Positions 1 through 14,687 of a DNA stretch of 64,000 nt are shown here, piece after piece. The notes under the pieces were generated by a model. That model worked only from the letters and a program-made list of their open reading frames with translations. It was not told the DNA's origin and ran no database searches. Source of the DNA: Octopus sinensis. Its lineage: Eukaryota. Each line of letters begins with the position of its first letter. Position 1 is the first letter of the stretch. The stretch spans positions 74,503 through 138,502 of the forward strand of contig NW_021832433.1 of the NCBI RefSeq assembly GCF_006345805.1, in the 5' to 3' direction. The position numbers and the translations under genes are program-made.

Positions 1-244
1 ATGAAAAAGACCAGTTAATTTTATACTTATATAACTAACTGGTCTTTTAAATTTTTCGTGGCTTGGGGATTTGACATCTCTTTTTCATCTTGTAAAGGGA
101 CCACTTAGTGGTTTGCTGGCCACAGGTATGAATTATTATCTATAATAATTTTTACTCTTACATATTTACTTAATATATATATATAATATATATAATATAT
201 ATATATATATATGTGTGTATGTGTCTGTGTGTGTGTGTGTGTGT

Positions 245-520
245 GGAGGCGCAATGGCCCAGTGGTTAGGGCAGCGGACTCGCGGTCGTAGGATCGCGGT
301 TTCGATTCCCAGACCGGGCTTTGTGTGTGTTTATTGACCGAAAACACCTAAAAAGCTCCACGAGGCTCCGGCAGGGGTGGTGGTGATCCCTGCTGTACTC
401 TTTCACCACTCTTTCTCTCACTCTTCTGTTGGCCTGGTCGCTTGGCCAGCGAGGTGGCGTCACTCGAAGGCTAAAACAATGCGAACGCATTGTGACCAGC
501 GATGTGTAGCAACATCTGAT
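245..520 (+). mobile_element. tRNA-derived SINE, family C
   Basis: Head GGAGGCGCAATGGCCCAGTGGTTAGG (A box) ... GGTTTCGATTCCC (B box); same family inverted at 13526-13677. Confidence 0.8.
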
Positions 521-538
521 ATATATATATAATATATA

Positions 539-572
<34 letters not shown>

Positions 573-2672
573 TGAGAGCCGGTGTTTGTTCCTTAGTGAT
601 TCGGCAAATATAATTGATAAAAGAAGAACCAGACTTTACGGGGTTCGATTTGTTTCCTTGAAATCTTTTCAGGGTCGTGTTCCAGCTGCAGTCAAATGAT
701 TGAAGCAATTGAAAGATGTAAAAGCAAGTCCTGTGTCTGCAATATTAGAGCTTCGATTCTTTACCTGGTTTCTACATTTGTTAGAATAATCAAAAAGCAT
801 CAGTGAAATTTAATCTAAATCAGATGAAAGGCCGTGGCTGGGACTGTATTGTCCTATGAAAATCATGTTTTCAAAATATTACTTCGCGGTTTCAAATGCA
901 ACGCCGGATACAGTATAAATGAGAAAATAATGAAAAAATATTTTGTATTATATCATTATCGATTGACGTTTAAACTGCAAGTGTTTTGTCGATAAGTCTA
1001 TCATTATCAAGAGGCAATTATATTTTATACCTAATATATCGATAATTTTACAGTGATTGATATGGCTATCACTTAAAAGACAGCTCTGATCTAGGGTCAT
1101 AATATATCAGAACATTCAGAGTCACGAACATGTGTGTGTGTGTGTGTGTGTGTGTATCTTTTACCTTTTACTTGTTTCAGCCATGTAATTGTGGTCATGC
1201 TGGGGCACCGCGTTTAAGGATCTTAGTCACACGAATCGACTTCGGCATTTTTTGTTTTGAAGCCTCGTACTTATCCTACCGGTCTGTTTTACCAATCGTT
1301 AAGTTAAGGTGACGTAAACAAGCCAACATGGGTCGTCAAGCGATGGTGGGCACACACACACACACACAGACACTCACACACACACACACACACGCACACA
1401 TATCTTTAAAATTTAGGCACAAGAGCAGCAAACTTTTGAGGAGAAGGGTTAGCCGCTTTCATAGACCTTAATAGTTGGCTGGTACTTTATTGTATCGATG
1501 TCGAATGGGGAAATAGTAAAAATTGGCTGCAGCATGGCGATTTTAACTCAGACGCAAATGCACCATCGCAGTCTTCTCGAAGCCATAACTATTCTTCCAG
1601 TCCAAGGTGTCAAACTGGCGGAAACGTTAAGACGCCGGGCGAAATGCTTACCCGTATTTCGTCTGCCGCTTCGTTCTGAGTTCAAATTCCGCCGAGGTTA
1701 ACTTTGCCCTTCATTCTTTCGAAGTCGATAAATTAAGTACCAGTTGCTGTCTAATCGACTGGCCCGCTCCCCCACTCAAATTTCGGGCCTTGGACCTAGA
1801 GTAGAAAAGAACAATCATTTCCAGTCTACCACGGCACACATATATTTATATATAAACACACACATTCGCACGCATATGCGAATCATTACTGGGTACAGTA
1901 TTAAATACACTGTACTTTCGTACATTGTATATATTATACATTCGTAAGGGTGAATAAAAAACACACACATATATAATGTGTGTATGTATGTATACATCGA
2001 TAAATATATATATCAATAGAAGGACAGATAGATGTAATTGTCAACTTTCATTTGTGTGCGAGAGCTTATTTCTTTAATAAGTACGTCTACACACTCACAT
2101 ACAGAACTGAACGCTCGCGTTGATTCAAATACACACACATACACACACACAAACACATTCTGTACATTGATATACACACGCACACACATACTGAGACAGT
2201 AGTCCGTTTGTGACACTCCTTGTTTTACAAAAATCCCTCTCCGTAGCCACAATAGGAATTATCTCCCTTTTGTTATCGATGACAACGCCTCTATTTAAAC
2301 CTTGTCACTCGTTCAAAATTACTCATTACTCAACTTATTGTTATCTCTATTGAAACTAAAGCCATTCGAGAATGAAATGGGCGCCATCTTGTTTCTGCCT
2401 TTAACATCGTCGTTAATTAACCAACAATACCTTTAAATTTGACAATTCAGAAAAGCGGACATTTTAAAGGGGGGAAATAAAAGAAAAGAAAAGAAGAAAC
2501 ACTCCTATAAAATTGTTAAAGGCTTTGTTGTTGTTGTTGTTGAGAAATTGTTTTTGTTATATTTGCTAGACTTGTTATTGTTTTTTTTATTGTTGTTCAA
2601 ATTCTTATTTCGTAGAAGAGTTAACGAATGAATAAAAGCGCAGTTTTATTTACCAAACTCAGTTGCTAAATA

Positions 2673-2723
<51 letters not shown>

Positions 2724-2786
2724 TAATAATAATAACGCCGTTGGCATTTTTGTTATGATTTGCACTTCTTCTTCTTCTTCTTCTTC

Positions 2787-2820
<34 letters not shown>

Positions 2821-2831
2821 CATTATTATTA

Positions 2832-2877
<46 letters not shown>

Positions 2878-3521
2878 TCGCTATCTTTGTGTCAGTTTAT
2901 GAGGAAAGTTCTTGTATGATTTAATGTAATAAAACTGTCAGGTTTTGTGAAGAATATTGAAATTCTTATTCTCATGCACACACCCATGCGCACTCAGATG
3001 AGTCAGCAGCTGGTGATTTATTCATTCGTTACTCTGAGTTTCCCACGTTGCTATTAAGTTCTCTACGCAATTTTCGTTAAGATTAGTTCTCAATGGTCAA
3101 AGAACATGGCCCAGTTGAAATTCTTTCCGGCCTTAAGTCGAACTACAAAGTCGCATGGGAAACAACCAAGCTTTTCGATTTTTGTATCGTTTCAAAAGGG
3201 GAGTTCCAAGAGCTCAGAATATTCCAGGAAATGTGTCCAGTTTAGGCAAAGGTTAACGTTGAGATCTCTAACTGACGCGAATTTCTTCATAAGGACCAAA
3301 GTTTAGAGAGGCAGAAGACAGATTATCACAGATGGACGAAACCCCACTATATTGAATTCAGGAGTCCTTCAGACTACTATTTATTCTAATCCGGGCAACC
3401 AGTTGATAAAACCTGCATTGAAATTCCATTAATCAAATCTAGTCATACTGCTAATAACATCGAAAATATAGTTATATTTGAACCCACTCTGTTTCCAGAG
3501 TATGTCTACAATATATTTGAA

Positions 3522-3751
3522 GGCGGCGAGCTGGCAGAAACGTTAGCACGCCGGGCGAAATGCGTTGCTGTATTTCGTCTGCCGTTACGTTCCGAGTTCA
3601 AATTCCGCCGAGGTCGACTTTGCCTTTCATCCTTCCGGGGTCGATAAATTAAGTACCAGTTACGCACTGGGGTCGATGTAATCGACTTAATCCGTTTGTC
3701 TGTCGTTGTTTGTCTCCTCTGTGTTTAGCCCCTTGTGGGTAATAAAGAAAT
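3522..3751 (+). mobile_element. tRNA-derived SINE, family B, full length with TSD
   Basis: GGCGGCGAGCTGGCAGAAACGTTAG..GAGTTCAAATTCC..GGGGTCGAT. TSD ATATATTTG at 3511-3519 and 3752-3760. Other copies at about 1605, 16150(-), 28440, 33200(-), 39770(-), 40090(-), 41520, 43190, 43420, 45800, 54895, 58560(-), 58800(-). Confidence 0.9.
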
Positions 3752-3890
3752 ATATATTTGGAGTTGTTGAGAATGTCGACCTTGTTATGTGCTACTGATA
3801 GTCTCTTCTGCTTGGAACATGGCTAATAATGATTTATAACACATAACATCTCCGCGCAGTCATCAGTCACAAACTGCATAGTATAACGAA

Positions 3891-3929
<39 letters not shown>

Positions 3930-3954
3930 ATATATATACATATATATGTTTATG

Positions 3955-4015
<61 letters not shown>

Positions 4016-4031
4016 CATATATATGTTTATG

Positions 4032-4066
<35 letters not shown>

Positions 4067-4416
4067 GAAGGTCGTTGAACTCCAGACCGCAACCACGTCA
4101 TTTGGATTCCTGGACGGGGGGTGCGTTGTGTTCTTGTGTAAAACACTTCATTCCACATTACTATTTGATCACTTCGACACTTGATGTGTGGCACAAATTG
4201 CATCTGTTCAGGAAACGTAGATTTGATGGAGGAAGAGAGGTATTGTGCAGCACAATTATTTGATCACAATAAGCAAATGACTTGCGCCGGTTGTTCAGCA
4301 AGGAATGGTAGAGCCCTCTTCTTTGGACTAAGCGCAACTACCATCATATATATATATATAATTATTAATATCGTTATTATTATTATCATTTATTATTATT
4401 ATTATTATTATTATTA

Positions 4417-4453
<37 letters not shown>

Positions 4454-4635
4454 GTATGTATTCGTTAGGTGCAAGAGTCATACTTTACAATTATATCAGA
4501 AAGATTGATATCGTTGTCTGCTTAGGTTTCTTTGATATGGCGATAATGAAATATATTTCAAGGTGTCAAAACATTTTGTTATGCATCTGGTCACAGCCCA
4601 TGTTTCAAGGTAAACACACACACACACACACACCA

Positions 4636-4689
<54 letters not shown>

Positions 4690-6553
4690 AGTATATTTGG
4701 CGACTTTTTAAGGTGTAAATGAGAGATGCGATATCATGAAATATGTAATCGATATTCCTGTCTGGAAGGACGTATTTAAAACGTAAAACTCTCACAGATA
4801 TCACATACGAAAAAAGATAGTTCTTTTGATATGAATGTATTTGATCATAGACGATTTTTACAATATCTATACACAGATTCATATATACATACGAATTTAT
4901 ATAGGCATGAACACACACACACATACACATACGCACACACACACACACGCCATTTGGGAACTTTGAGAAAGCTTGAAAACTTCTTTTGGAATGGTGAATA
5001 ATAGCGCTTAAGAATCCGTTGTATAGAAAATGTTGAAGGTTGCGTGTGGTATGTGTGTGTATAAATATCATTGCTATCATATTAATGTGCAATATGTCCA
5101 AATTTGGCCAAATGCGTTTTTTCTTTTAATATTTAATTTTTCTTGCAACAAGTGTTTCTCGAACAAGTGTTTCTACCTGATACCTTTGTAGCTTCTAAGC
5201 TGAAGTAAAGACAGTACCTTCTTGGTGATTTTAGGTAAAATTATACTAATGTGTCCATCTGTTTTTATTCAATTTAATTCTATGTACTTATGCAACTGAG
5301 GATTGCTGTGCATGGAAAGTGATTTAATGGTTGCATTGTTCAATGAAATGGAATTGCTTGAAACGATTGTACTGCATTACCTCTGGATATCCTGTTGCTT
5401 ATTTTGATTATATATATATATAAATTTGTAGTATAAAATACAGACTCTGAAAATCGTGTGACTCTCAAAGAAAGCTCCTCTTACAGACTCGGCTAACAAT
5501 CCACATAATGATCCAATACAAAGAAATTGAACGTCGAGTGTTCATGCAGGTGAAATCTAGAAGATATGATCGATAAAAATGTTTCATGAAGGCTGTATAA
5601 ACCATAAAATCCGGACTTTATGATTTAAATAAAGCATACCACACACACATACACACACAAGAACGCCTGAATCCTGCCGTCTAACTGGTGTACTGGTGTG
5701 CGAGACGATCATAGTTGATGGTTATGTGAGTATTCACCTCGGAAAATATTTATTTCGCCCCATGTATTGAGTTCTTTCGCTTTTTTTAATTGTTTGTATT
5801 TCTGTACTTATATATTTAGCCTGTAGTATCACTATATTTACTTTCTAACAATGTAAATATTTTTTTAATGTGAGAGTGTATATTTTTATTCGCCTTTTGT
5901 CTTTTGAGGAATATATTTACTAGTCAAGGCGCCGAAGAAATCACACTTCACATTAATAATTCATACCAGCAGTTGCATTTGTATGCATCTCCCACAAGCT
6001 TTTTTATGTTGATATATATATATCCACATATATATGTACGTGCATATATGTGCATGCATATACAGCTGCATGCGAGTGCGGATCAGATCAGATTCACACA
6101 ATTGTATCTAAAGATAGCCCCCAAGCAATATATGGAAAATTTATATGGAATTGCCAAAATATTTGATCCTCCGGAAAGTGTATATGATATTGCAGATTGG
6201 AAACAATACTTTCTCACGTACACACCTGCATGCATGCAATATATATATATATGTTTATGTATCAGCTGTATATATATATATATATGGTGGTGAGGTTCAT
6301 GTAGAATCGTTTTTTCTAATCTTGTCTCTCATTTGTTTATGCTCTTTGCAACGTGAGATCAAATCATGCCATGGGTAACTAATTCGTTCATCCATCCGAG
6401 GTCGATAAATAAAGTACCACCTCATTGTTGGTATATATACTATCTCCTTTCAGCTGTTACATCTTCAATCTTCTTTTAGATAACCTACTCTTTCATTCTT
6501 ATCTCCCACCATAGCACGTTGCAGGACTATGGGGATAGCTTTCGTTTCTCTAC

Positions 6554-6604
<51 letters not shown>

Positions 6605-6975
6605 ATATATAATGCGTGTGTGTACACATGCATTTATATGTAAGTATCTATACGCTTTTATTTTTATACACACACACGCGCGTGCATGCACATGTAGTTC
6701 CGTATTCGCATCCGTGCATATCAAGGATTCTAAAGAATTCATACAAGCAAGATGAGCTGGGCTCTTGTTAAAGCTACGGTTATATGACCAATAAGAGACC
6801 ACCATCACCACCCCCACCAACATCACTACGCCCTACCATTACCCTCAGCATCCATTCTACTGATACCATCGACATGGTATCTTATACCATTTCTATTTTT
6901 CCCAAACGACGCTGCTACCAATGTAACCATCTTAATGCAAAACTTCTGAATATCAATAACCCTCCTTCACGCACA

Positions 6976-7010
<35 letters not shown>

Positions 7011-7189
7011 GAAAGTTAGGAAGACTATGACGTTATTTCTACGAAGAAATCCATGGCAATTGCACAAGTTCCTACACTTCTCACACACTGGTGCAGACGT
7101 GGATGTGTGGTAGGACGTTTTGCTTCTCAATCACATCGTTCCGGGTTCAATCTCACTGCGTGGACCCTTTGAGATAGTGTCTTCTACTA

Positions 7190-7258
7190 TATGTATATGT
7201 ATATACGTATATATATATATATATTATATATATAATATATATATATACATATATATAC

Positions 7259-7310
<52 letters not shown>

Positions 7311-7326
7311 TATATGTATATATATA

Positions 7327-7359
<33 letters not shown>

Positions 7360-7580
7360 CAAAACATATTACAGACTATATATATATACATATATACATT
7401 ATATATATGCATATAAATTTATGTATATATATATATGTATATATATTTATGTATATATATATATATATATGTAATATATATATATATATGCATATATATT
7501 TTTGTATATATATATATATATATGGATATATATTTATGCACACACACACATATATATATGTATATATATATATAGTTAAT
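7190..7580. repeat. Long (TA)n/(TATG)n microsatellite tract, representative of dozens in the window
   Basis: Direct reading; comparable tracts at about 12540, 19270, 19650, 21670, 22830, 27480, 31480, 36310, 47760 and 63500. Confidence 0.95.
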
Positions 7581-8016
7581 CCAAACATGAAGACACAAAG
7601 AAAACACAACAACGTGAGGATGTGGAACAAATATAGTATTAGTGGACGATGCATATATTGAATACGTGTCTGTGCACACGCATGCACGCACATGCACACA
7701 CACATACACATACACACATACAAACACACACACACACACATATATATATATTTATAATGTGTGAAGCATTTGTACATTTTTTACATAAGTTAAACTCATG
7801 TAGTGGAAAATCTGGAGTATATATATTTATGATACTTCTTGAAACGCTACATGTTTCACGCTTCCGATTGATCAAACGATATTCGTGATGGAACAACCGG
7901 AAATGTAACACACATAGCAACGAGTCAGAAAGAATCAACAACTACTACTACTAGTACTACTACTGATGATGATCATGAAGAGGATATTACATACGTATAC
8001 GCGTACACACACACAC

Positions 8017-8047
<31 letters not shown>

Positions 8048-8100
8048 GTACATATTGTGTCTTAGTTTCACAAGAAGTTTCCATGCCCTAGCCACCACCA

Positions 8101-8145
8101 AACTGCCCGACGAAGTCTAGCAGCCCGAAACTTCGAAGTCCTTAT
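8101..8145 (+). mobile_element. Degenerate hammerhead-like motif
   Basis: CCGACGA-AGTCTAGCAGCCC-GAAAC-TTCGAA-GTC with palindromic stem III ACTTCGAAGT. U4 is mutated and there is no stem I. Confidence 0.4.
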
Positions 8146-8254
8146 CACCACTCTTTTTGTAAAAGTAAAACATATATAAACTCCATGGAAAACTATTTTG
8201 GAATCCTTCAGTTGAATGTAAAATTATTTTTATTACTTGACATAAAACAAGCAT

Positions 8255-8295
<41 letters not shown>

Positions 8296-8822
8296 CAGAG
8301 GATGGTATTGGTGCTGGTTTAGCAATTCCTTGCAATCGGTACAGTAACTTAAGATCGATCTGTGCGCGGGTCAAGTGACTGACATTCTTCAGATGTAATA
8401 GATTCCACGCCAAAGTCTGCAGTAAATACTTGAAAATACATAAAAGAACACAAAACAGAAAAAAAAAAAGTAAGAAACGAGAGCAACCCACCACCACCAC
8501 CACCACCCACCGCAAAATAGAATAAAATATAAACAAATATAACAACATGCAAACAAAAAAAAAACGGAAAACAGAGAATTACATGAAAAAAATGCAATAC
8601 GAAACGAAAAGTAAGAACAATAAAACAATGTAAAGAAAAACAAGCAACAAAAACAGAAAGTAAAATAAACAAGTAAACAGTTGTAAAAAGAATAAAAAGA
8701 AAGAGTAAGAACGACCAAATATTGAAATATGTGTGTGTTCTGTTGCGTGCGATGTGTATTGTTCTATCGGAATGGTCTTCTGAAGAATGGCTCTGCTGTG
8801 ATTCTCATGTCTTGTTTATATA

Positions 8823-8869
<47 letters not shown>

Positions 8870-9021
8870 TATGTGTGTCTATGTGTGTGTGTGTGCGTGT
8901 GTGTGTGTGTATGCGCGCGTGTTGTGTGTGTAATGTTGTGTGTGTGTGTGTGTGTTGGTGTGTGTGTGTTTGTGGATGTTTTTGCGTGTTCGTATGTCTG
9001 CATGAATGCACATACAGTATG

Positions 9022-9067
<46 letters not shown>

Positions 9068-9220
9068 TGTGTGTGTGTATATTTTATATATGTATATATG
9101 GGAAAAATGTATATGTTTGTGGTGTATGTGTCTATTTATCCCTATAAATATATATATATATATATACACATAGCCCCTTGACAATTTTTCTCATCCCCTA
9201 TCTCCGTCTCTCTCTCTCTC

Positions 9221-9251
<31 letters not shown>

Positions 9252-9954
9252 CCACACATATTCACTCTCTTTCTCACACACTATATCCATCTTCCTCGAC
9301 GTCTCTACTTACCAATGTACCATTCCATCAATGCCGTGTGTCTACACATAAGTAATTGTAGAATTATACGAATCCGAAATCTCGAAAGGCACAAACACAC
9401 AAAACACATTTCTTTCTTTCTTTTTTGTAGCTTTTTTTTTTGGTTATATTTATTTCTTATTTCCTTATATATTCCATTCTAATAAATGTAAATGTCCGTT
9501 GTTCTTTAGTCCTTTAGTCCTCGTAATTTAAACAACAGTGATTATGGCCATGTTGGAGCAATACTATGGGTATATCTGTGCTTCTGTGCTGTTTCTTCGT
9601 TTTTTTTCTCTTTCTTTGTCCTTCTATTAATAAATATGGTATACACGAGTATTTCCCGCCCAATATTATAAAAAGTCCTTCCACCCTTCCTTCCGCTACT
9701 TCTCACCCTCTTTCTTATCCTCCTCCTCTCCTTATATTTCTTACTTTTCTGCTTCTCCCCGCTTCTGTTGTCGGTAAACCTTGTTTATCAATCAATTGTT
9801 CGATCTATAGATCTTTGATGCAGTCTTAACTATTTATCCAGATACATTTGATCTATATCCCCTTTCGTACACTCTCTCCCTCCATATTTACTGTATGCAT
9901 CCATTATGCTTGTGTGTGCGTGATATTATGCATGTATATGTCTTGTGTGTGTGT

Positions 9955-10000
<46 letters not shown>

Positions 10001-11155
10001 TGCGTGCGTTTAAATAAATCCCGATGTGTGTACCAAAACTGCCAATCTAACACCATTTAAACGGGAATTACCTTAGCCGTTATCGACATCGTCTCCTGAA
10101 GAACGTAATTAGATGTGAAACGATGGGGGCTACGTGAAGACTTCAGAGAAAATAAAAGATTTCTACCACACATTTTAAAATAAAGGAATAATGTTTGTAT
10201 TACAGAGTTTATTTGTTTGCGTTTAGATAAAGAAAAAACATTTCCGCTTGCATGTGTAACCCTAGCTAAAAAAGAAAACGGTGTGCCTTTTAATTTGGAC
10301 TGTCAAAAGTCTTATGTCACCTTGATATAATGGTAATCACATCCTTATGTTTTACAAGAGAAGTAGCATTCACCTCTGTAGGTTATGTTACAGCCTTTTT
10401 GTCTTCTGTATCATATAACATGCTTTTTGAAATAAACATGCTCTGGCTGTCGCACCAGAATTCAAGTTTCAAGGCGCCGTTTGTCAATTCTTTTCTTATT
10501 CCGTAATTAATATGAAACTCGCCCCACCACCACAAAAACAAAAAACTTCTACTCAATTGAATAAGTATGTTGTGTTCTAACAATTCGCTGTGAATATCAT
10601 TTCCCAACGACATGGTTCTAGGTACAGTCCCACGGCGTCTTTCTGTGACTAAGGGCCGACCAAAGACTTGTGAGTGGAATTGGGAGATCGAAATTGAAAG
10701 AAGCCCGTCGTGTGTGTATTTCATCAAGCTGAACCGAGGAACTACTACATCACTGCTGTCTTAGCTACACTATGCTTCATCAGTTGATCGAAACGATATC
10801 TAGGGGGAACGCTTTCGATCCCAGCCCTCACGGATCGCTGTTGGGCCAGAGTTGAACAGTAAATACGACCATAATATTATGTAAAAGTAGTAAAGCGTTG
10901 ACAAGGAATCTCAATGAATTCCACGTTTCATTGAACCACTTCGATTTCCGTTTTTCTTTTATTTCTTTTACGTGTTTCAGTCATCTGACTACGGCCATGC
11001 TGGAGTACCGCCTTTAGTCGAACAACTTCGACCCCAGGACTTATTCTTTGTAAGCCTAGTACTAATTCTATCAGTCTTTTGCCGAACCGCTAAGTTACGG
11101 GGACGCAAACACACCAACTTAAATAGTCAAGCGTACAAACACACACATACACAAA

Positions 11156-11202
<47 letters not shown>

Positions 11203-11393
11203 GACGGGCTTTTTCAGTTTCTGTCTACCAAATCCAATCCCAAGGCTTTGGTCGGCCCAAGGTGCCTCGCAGTGGAACTGAACCCGGAACTATGTGGTTG
11301 TTTAGCAAGCTACTTACCACACAGCCACTCCTGCGCCTATTGAATAATATATTATCGAATGATCTACAAGTTCCACCACTGTAGTAATAATTA

Positions 11394-11436
<43 letters not shown>

Positions 11437-12288
11437 TGTAGTAGTAGTAGTAGATTGATAATGATGATTGTGTTGTTGCTGTTGTTATTGTGGTTGTTGG
11501 TATATTTCTTATCGTCGTGTTTGATGTTCTTATTATTATTATATTGCATGTATTATTGATGTGTTTGTTAATACGGTTTTTTATATTATTGTGTTGTTAC
11601 TTCGCTCTAAATCAGGAGACATACCATCACACAGATTCCATCATTACCATTTCATAATTTCCTCTTCTACTCCTACTCTTTCCTTCTCTTTCTTTTTCGT
11701 CATCTTCTCTTTCCCCAACTTTTCTTTTTCGTAAGTAGTCTTCTTTTTCTTTAACCTTTTCCTTCTATTTTTTCTTTAAAGTTCTTCTAAATTCTTCCTC
11801 TTCTTTGTGTACATTATTTTTCTTCTACAATCTTCTCCTTCTAAATACTTCTATTCTTCATCTCATAAATTCTTCTTCATCTTCTAAATTCTTCTTGACC
11901 TCTAAAATTCTTCACCTCCGAAATTCTTCTTCTAAATTCTTCTTCTACATCACACCATTCTCTACTATATCCAGTTTTAAAGACTAACAGTACGATTCCA
12001 GAGCGATTTGGCTGTTATTTCTTGGCATTTGAGCCAGAAGCTACAGGCTCCTTAGGTGTCCAGCTTCCAATAACATATTGAGGGAAAGAGGGAAACAAAG
12101 TGGGGGACCAATCTTTTCCGAACTTTGTTTTCAGAGGAACCGACATTAACGAAACAATCTCAAATTAAAAAGGAGGAAAACGAGCAATTATATATAAAAA
12201 AGAAAGAAATAAAGGAAACAAAATAAGAAATAGCAGCAACAACAACAACAACATAAATATCGGGGTCAGCAAGGAAATATACCACAAA

Positions 12289-12323
<35 letters not shown>

Positions 12324-12538
12324 AGGTGGAAATAAACTAATAGAAAGAACATAAATATATAAATATATAATATAGACAAGATCAAAGGAATGGAAACATG
12401 ATTAAACGGTTGTCTGTCTGTGTGTATATTGTTAAGTATGTAAGTGAAAAAAGGAACAACAGATGCACACACACACACGTGTGTGTGTGTGTATGAGTAT
12501 ATCGGAAGACACGTATATATATGTATATTTCACATAGA

Positions 12539-12584
<46 letters not shown>

Positions 12585-12632
12585 TTTATATATATATATA
12601 TATCGATATATATCTATCTATCTATATATATA

Positions 12633-12708
<76 letters not shown>

Positions 12709-13525
12709 TTTATTGGCACAACATTCTGCTCGCGTTTACATAACATTTATATATCTTAACACGTTTTCTATCGGTTAGTCTATCGTTTATTTTACAAAAT
12801 AGCCGAATAATATTCTGCAGTGTTTTATACGTTATATGAGTAAATATTGTGTGAGTGTTCTGTGACAGTATGAAGTTTAGTAACACGTATGGACTGGAGA
12901 GTTTAAACGATATCCTACTTGTGTTAACGTATCATTTTATACGCGGAAACAGACCTACGTTATAATTGTATCATTTGTTATACCTAACGCACTATTTGAG
13001 ATTCATACAGATTTTTGTTTTTTTACATTCATAAAGAGATCACCTTTTCATACGAAACACCCTTTTGCATTTGTAAAAACATCACAAAACGTCGCTTCAG
13101 AAGTGTAAACACGTAATTTTTTATACTCTTTTACTCTTTTACTTGTGTCAGTCATTTGTAAGGCTAGTACTTATTCTATCGGTCACTTTTGCCGAACTGC
13201 TAAGTTACGGGGACGTAAACACACCAGCATCGGTTGTCAAGCGATGTTGGGGAGACAAACACAGACACACAAACATATGCACACACATACATATATATAT
13301 ATTTTACTATTTTACTTGTTTCAGTCATTTGACTGTGGCCATGCTGGAGCACCGCCTATACATATATACGACGGGCTTCTTTCAGTTTCCGTCTACCAAA
13401 TCCACTCACAAGGCTTTGGTCGGCCCGAGGCTATGGTAGAAGACACTTGCCAAAGTGGGACTGAACCCGGAACCATGTGGTTCGTAAGCAAGCTACTTAC
13501 CACACAGCCACTCCTACGCCTATTC

Positions 13526-13677
13526 TCTGAACAGCAGGGATCGACACCACCACCTGCCGGAGCCTCGTTGAGCTTTAGGTGTTTTTGCTCAAAAAACACT
13601 CACAACGCCCGGTCTGGAAATCGAAACCGCGATCCTACAGCCGCGAGTCCGCTGCTCTAACCACTGGGCCATTGCGG
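13526..13677 (-). mobile_element. tRNA-derived SINE, family C (5' part)
   Basis: Reverse complement closely matches 250-410. Confidence 0.8.
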
Positions 13678-13689
13678 TAAACACTTCTT

Positions 13690-14330
13690 TTTATATATGC
13701 AAGCACATCTCGTTACATGCGTAAGCGCATTAATTTACAATCAGAAGCATTTTCTTAAACACGTACTCTTAATTTCACATACCGAAACACATCTCGTTGT
13801 ATACGAAAACACATTTTTGTTACATACGCCAAACTGTATCTTTTACATAAGCAAACGCAACATGTTACATACCTAATCACACCTTGTTACATGAAAAGCA
13901 TTTCACTTATGGCAACACATCTTACATGCGTAAACACATTTCGTTGCATACGAAGACACCTTTTGATACATTCGTCAACAAAGCCTTTAACGTAAAGTCA
14001 AACAAGAGTTCTACATACTTAAACACATTTTGTTGCATAAACACACCAGTTTACACACGTGAACACATATTAAAACATTGACCTTAAACATATGAATCAC
14101 TTCGCTGTAATTCATTAACAGAACATTTTACATACACAGACACATCGTTTTACGTAAGCACATTATTTTACGGAGCTTAACCTTCACAGCCATCATTTCA
14201 CAAGGTATTATGTACATAATCCAGTGTTTATATATCCGTTAATACATTGTTTTACGCACAACTTCACATTACATTTTTATACTCTCATACAGTGTTACAC
14301 ATATGTTGACATACATGCTTAACATACGTT
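13690..14330. repeat. Degenerate ~22-nt minisatellite (AAACACAT.TTGTTACATACG-like)
   Basis: Recurrent units such as aaacacatctcgttgtatacg, aaacacatttttgttacatacg and aaacacatttcgttgcatacg; similar units at about 13040-13115. Confidence 0.6.
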
Positions 14331-14568
14331 AACACAATGGTTTACTTATGCATGCGTAACATTTTACTGTTAAACAACCAATGAAAGTTTGGTTTTGTTT
14401 AGGTTTTATTCGTGTTTTAGCTGAACTATAAGTTATACACTTAAGACAAACTTTAAAGACAACCAATGGATTGTAAACGGTATAAGAAAAGAACTGAAGG
14501 GCAACTATAAATACATTCACTGGAAGTTAAAACTCAAAGACGAGATAATGCAATTCCCTAATAATAAT

Positions 14569-14659
<91 letters not shown>

Positions 14660-14687
14660 TAATAATAATAATAATAATAATAATAAT

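Noticed and set aside
245-320. tRNA-like heads of SINEs
   Set aside because: A and B boxes are present, but they continue into dispersed SINE bodies and no full cloverleaf was seen; not tRNA genes.
3890-4066. Recurrent single-base phase shifts and an ~85-bp duplication in (TA)n arrays
   Set aside because: Typical of slippage or long-read assembly error; not treated as biological signal.
4496-5101. 201-aa ORF, and the many [12 protein letters not shown]/poly-I,L,Y,D ORFs across the track
   Set aside because: Translations of (TA)n, (CA)n, (AAT)n and (GAT)n microsatellites; no domain motifs or splice support.
9313-9341. 29-nt candidate micro-exon with strong donor G|GTAAGT and a DGMVH (NGVIH-like) reading
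   Set aside because: Joined to exon E in phase 1 it hits a stop (TGA), and no bridging phase 1-2 exon was found in 9342-15669.
13690-14330. Possible CRISPR-like array
   Set aside because: Eukaryotic context, degenerate adjacent units, no conserved repeat with unique spacers.
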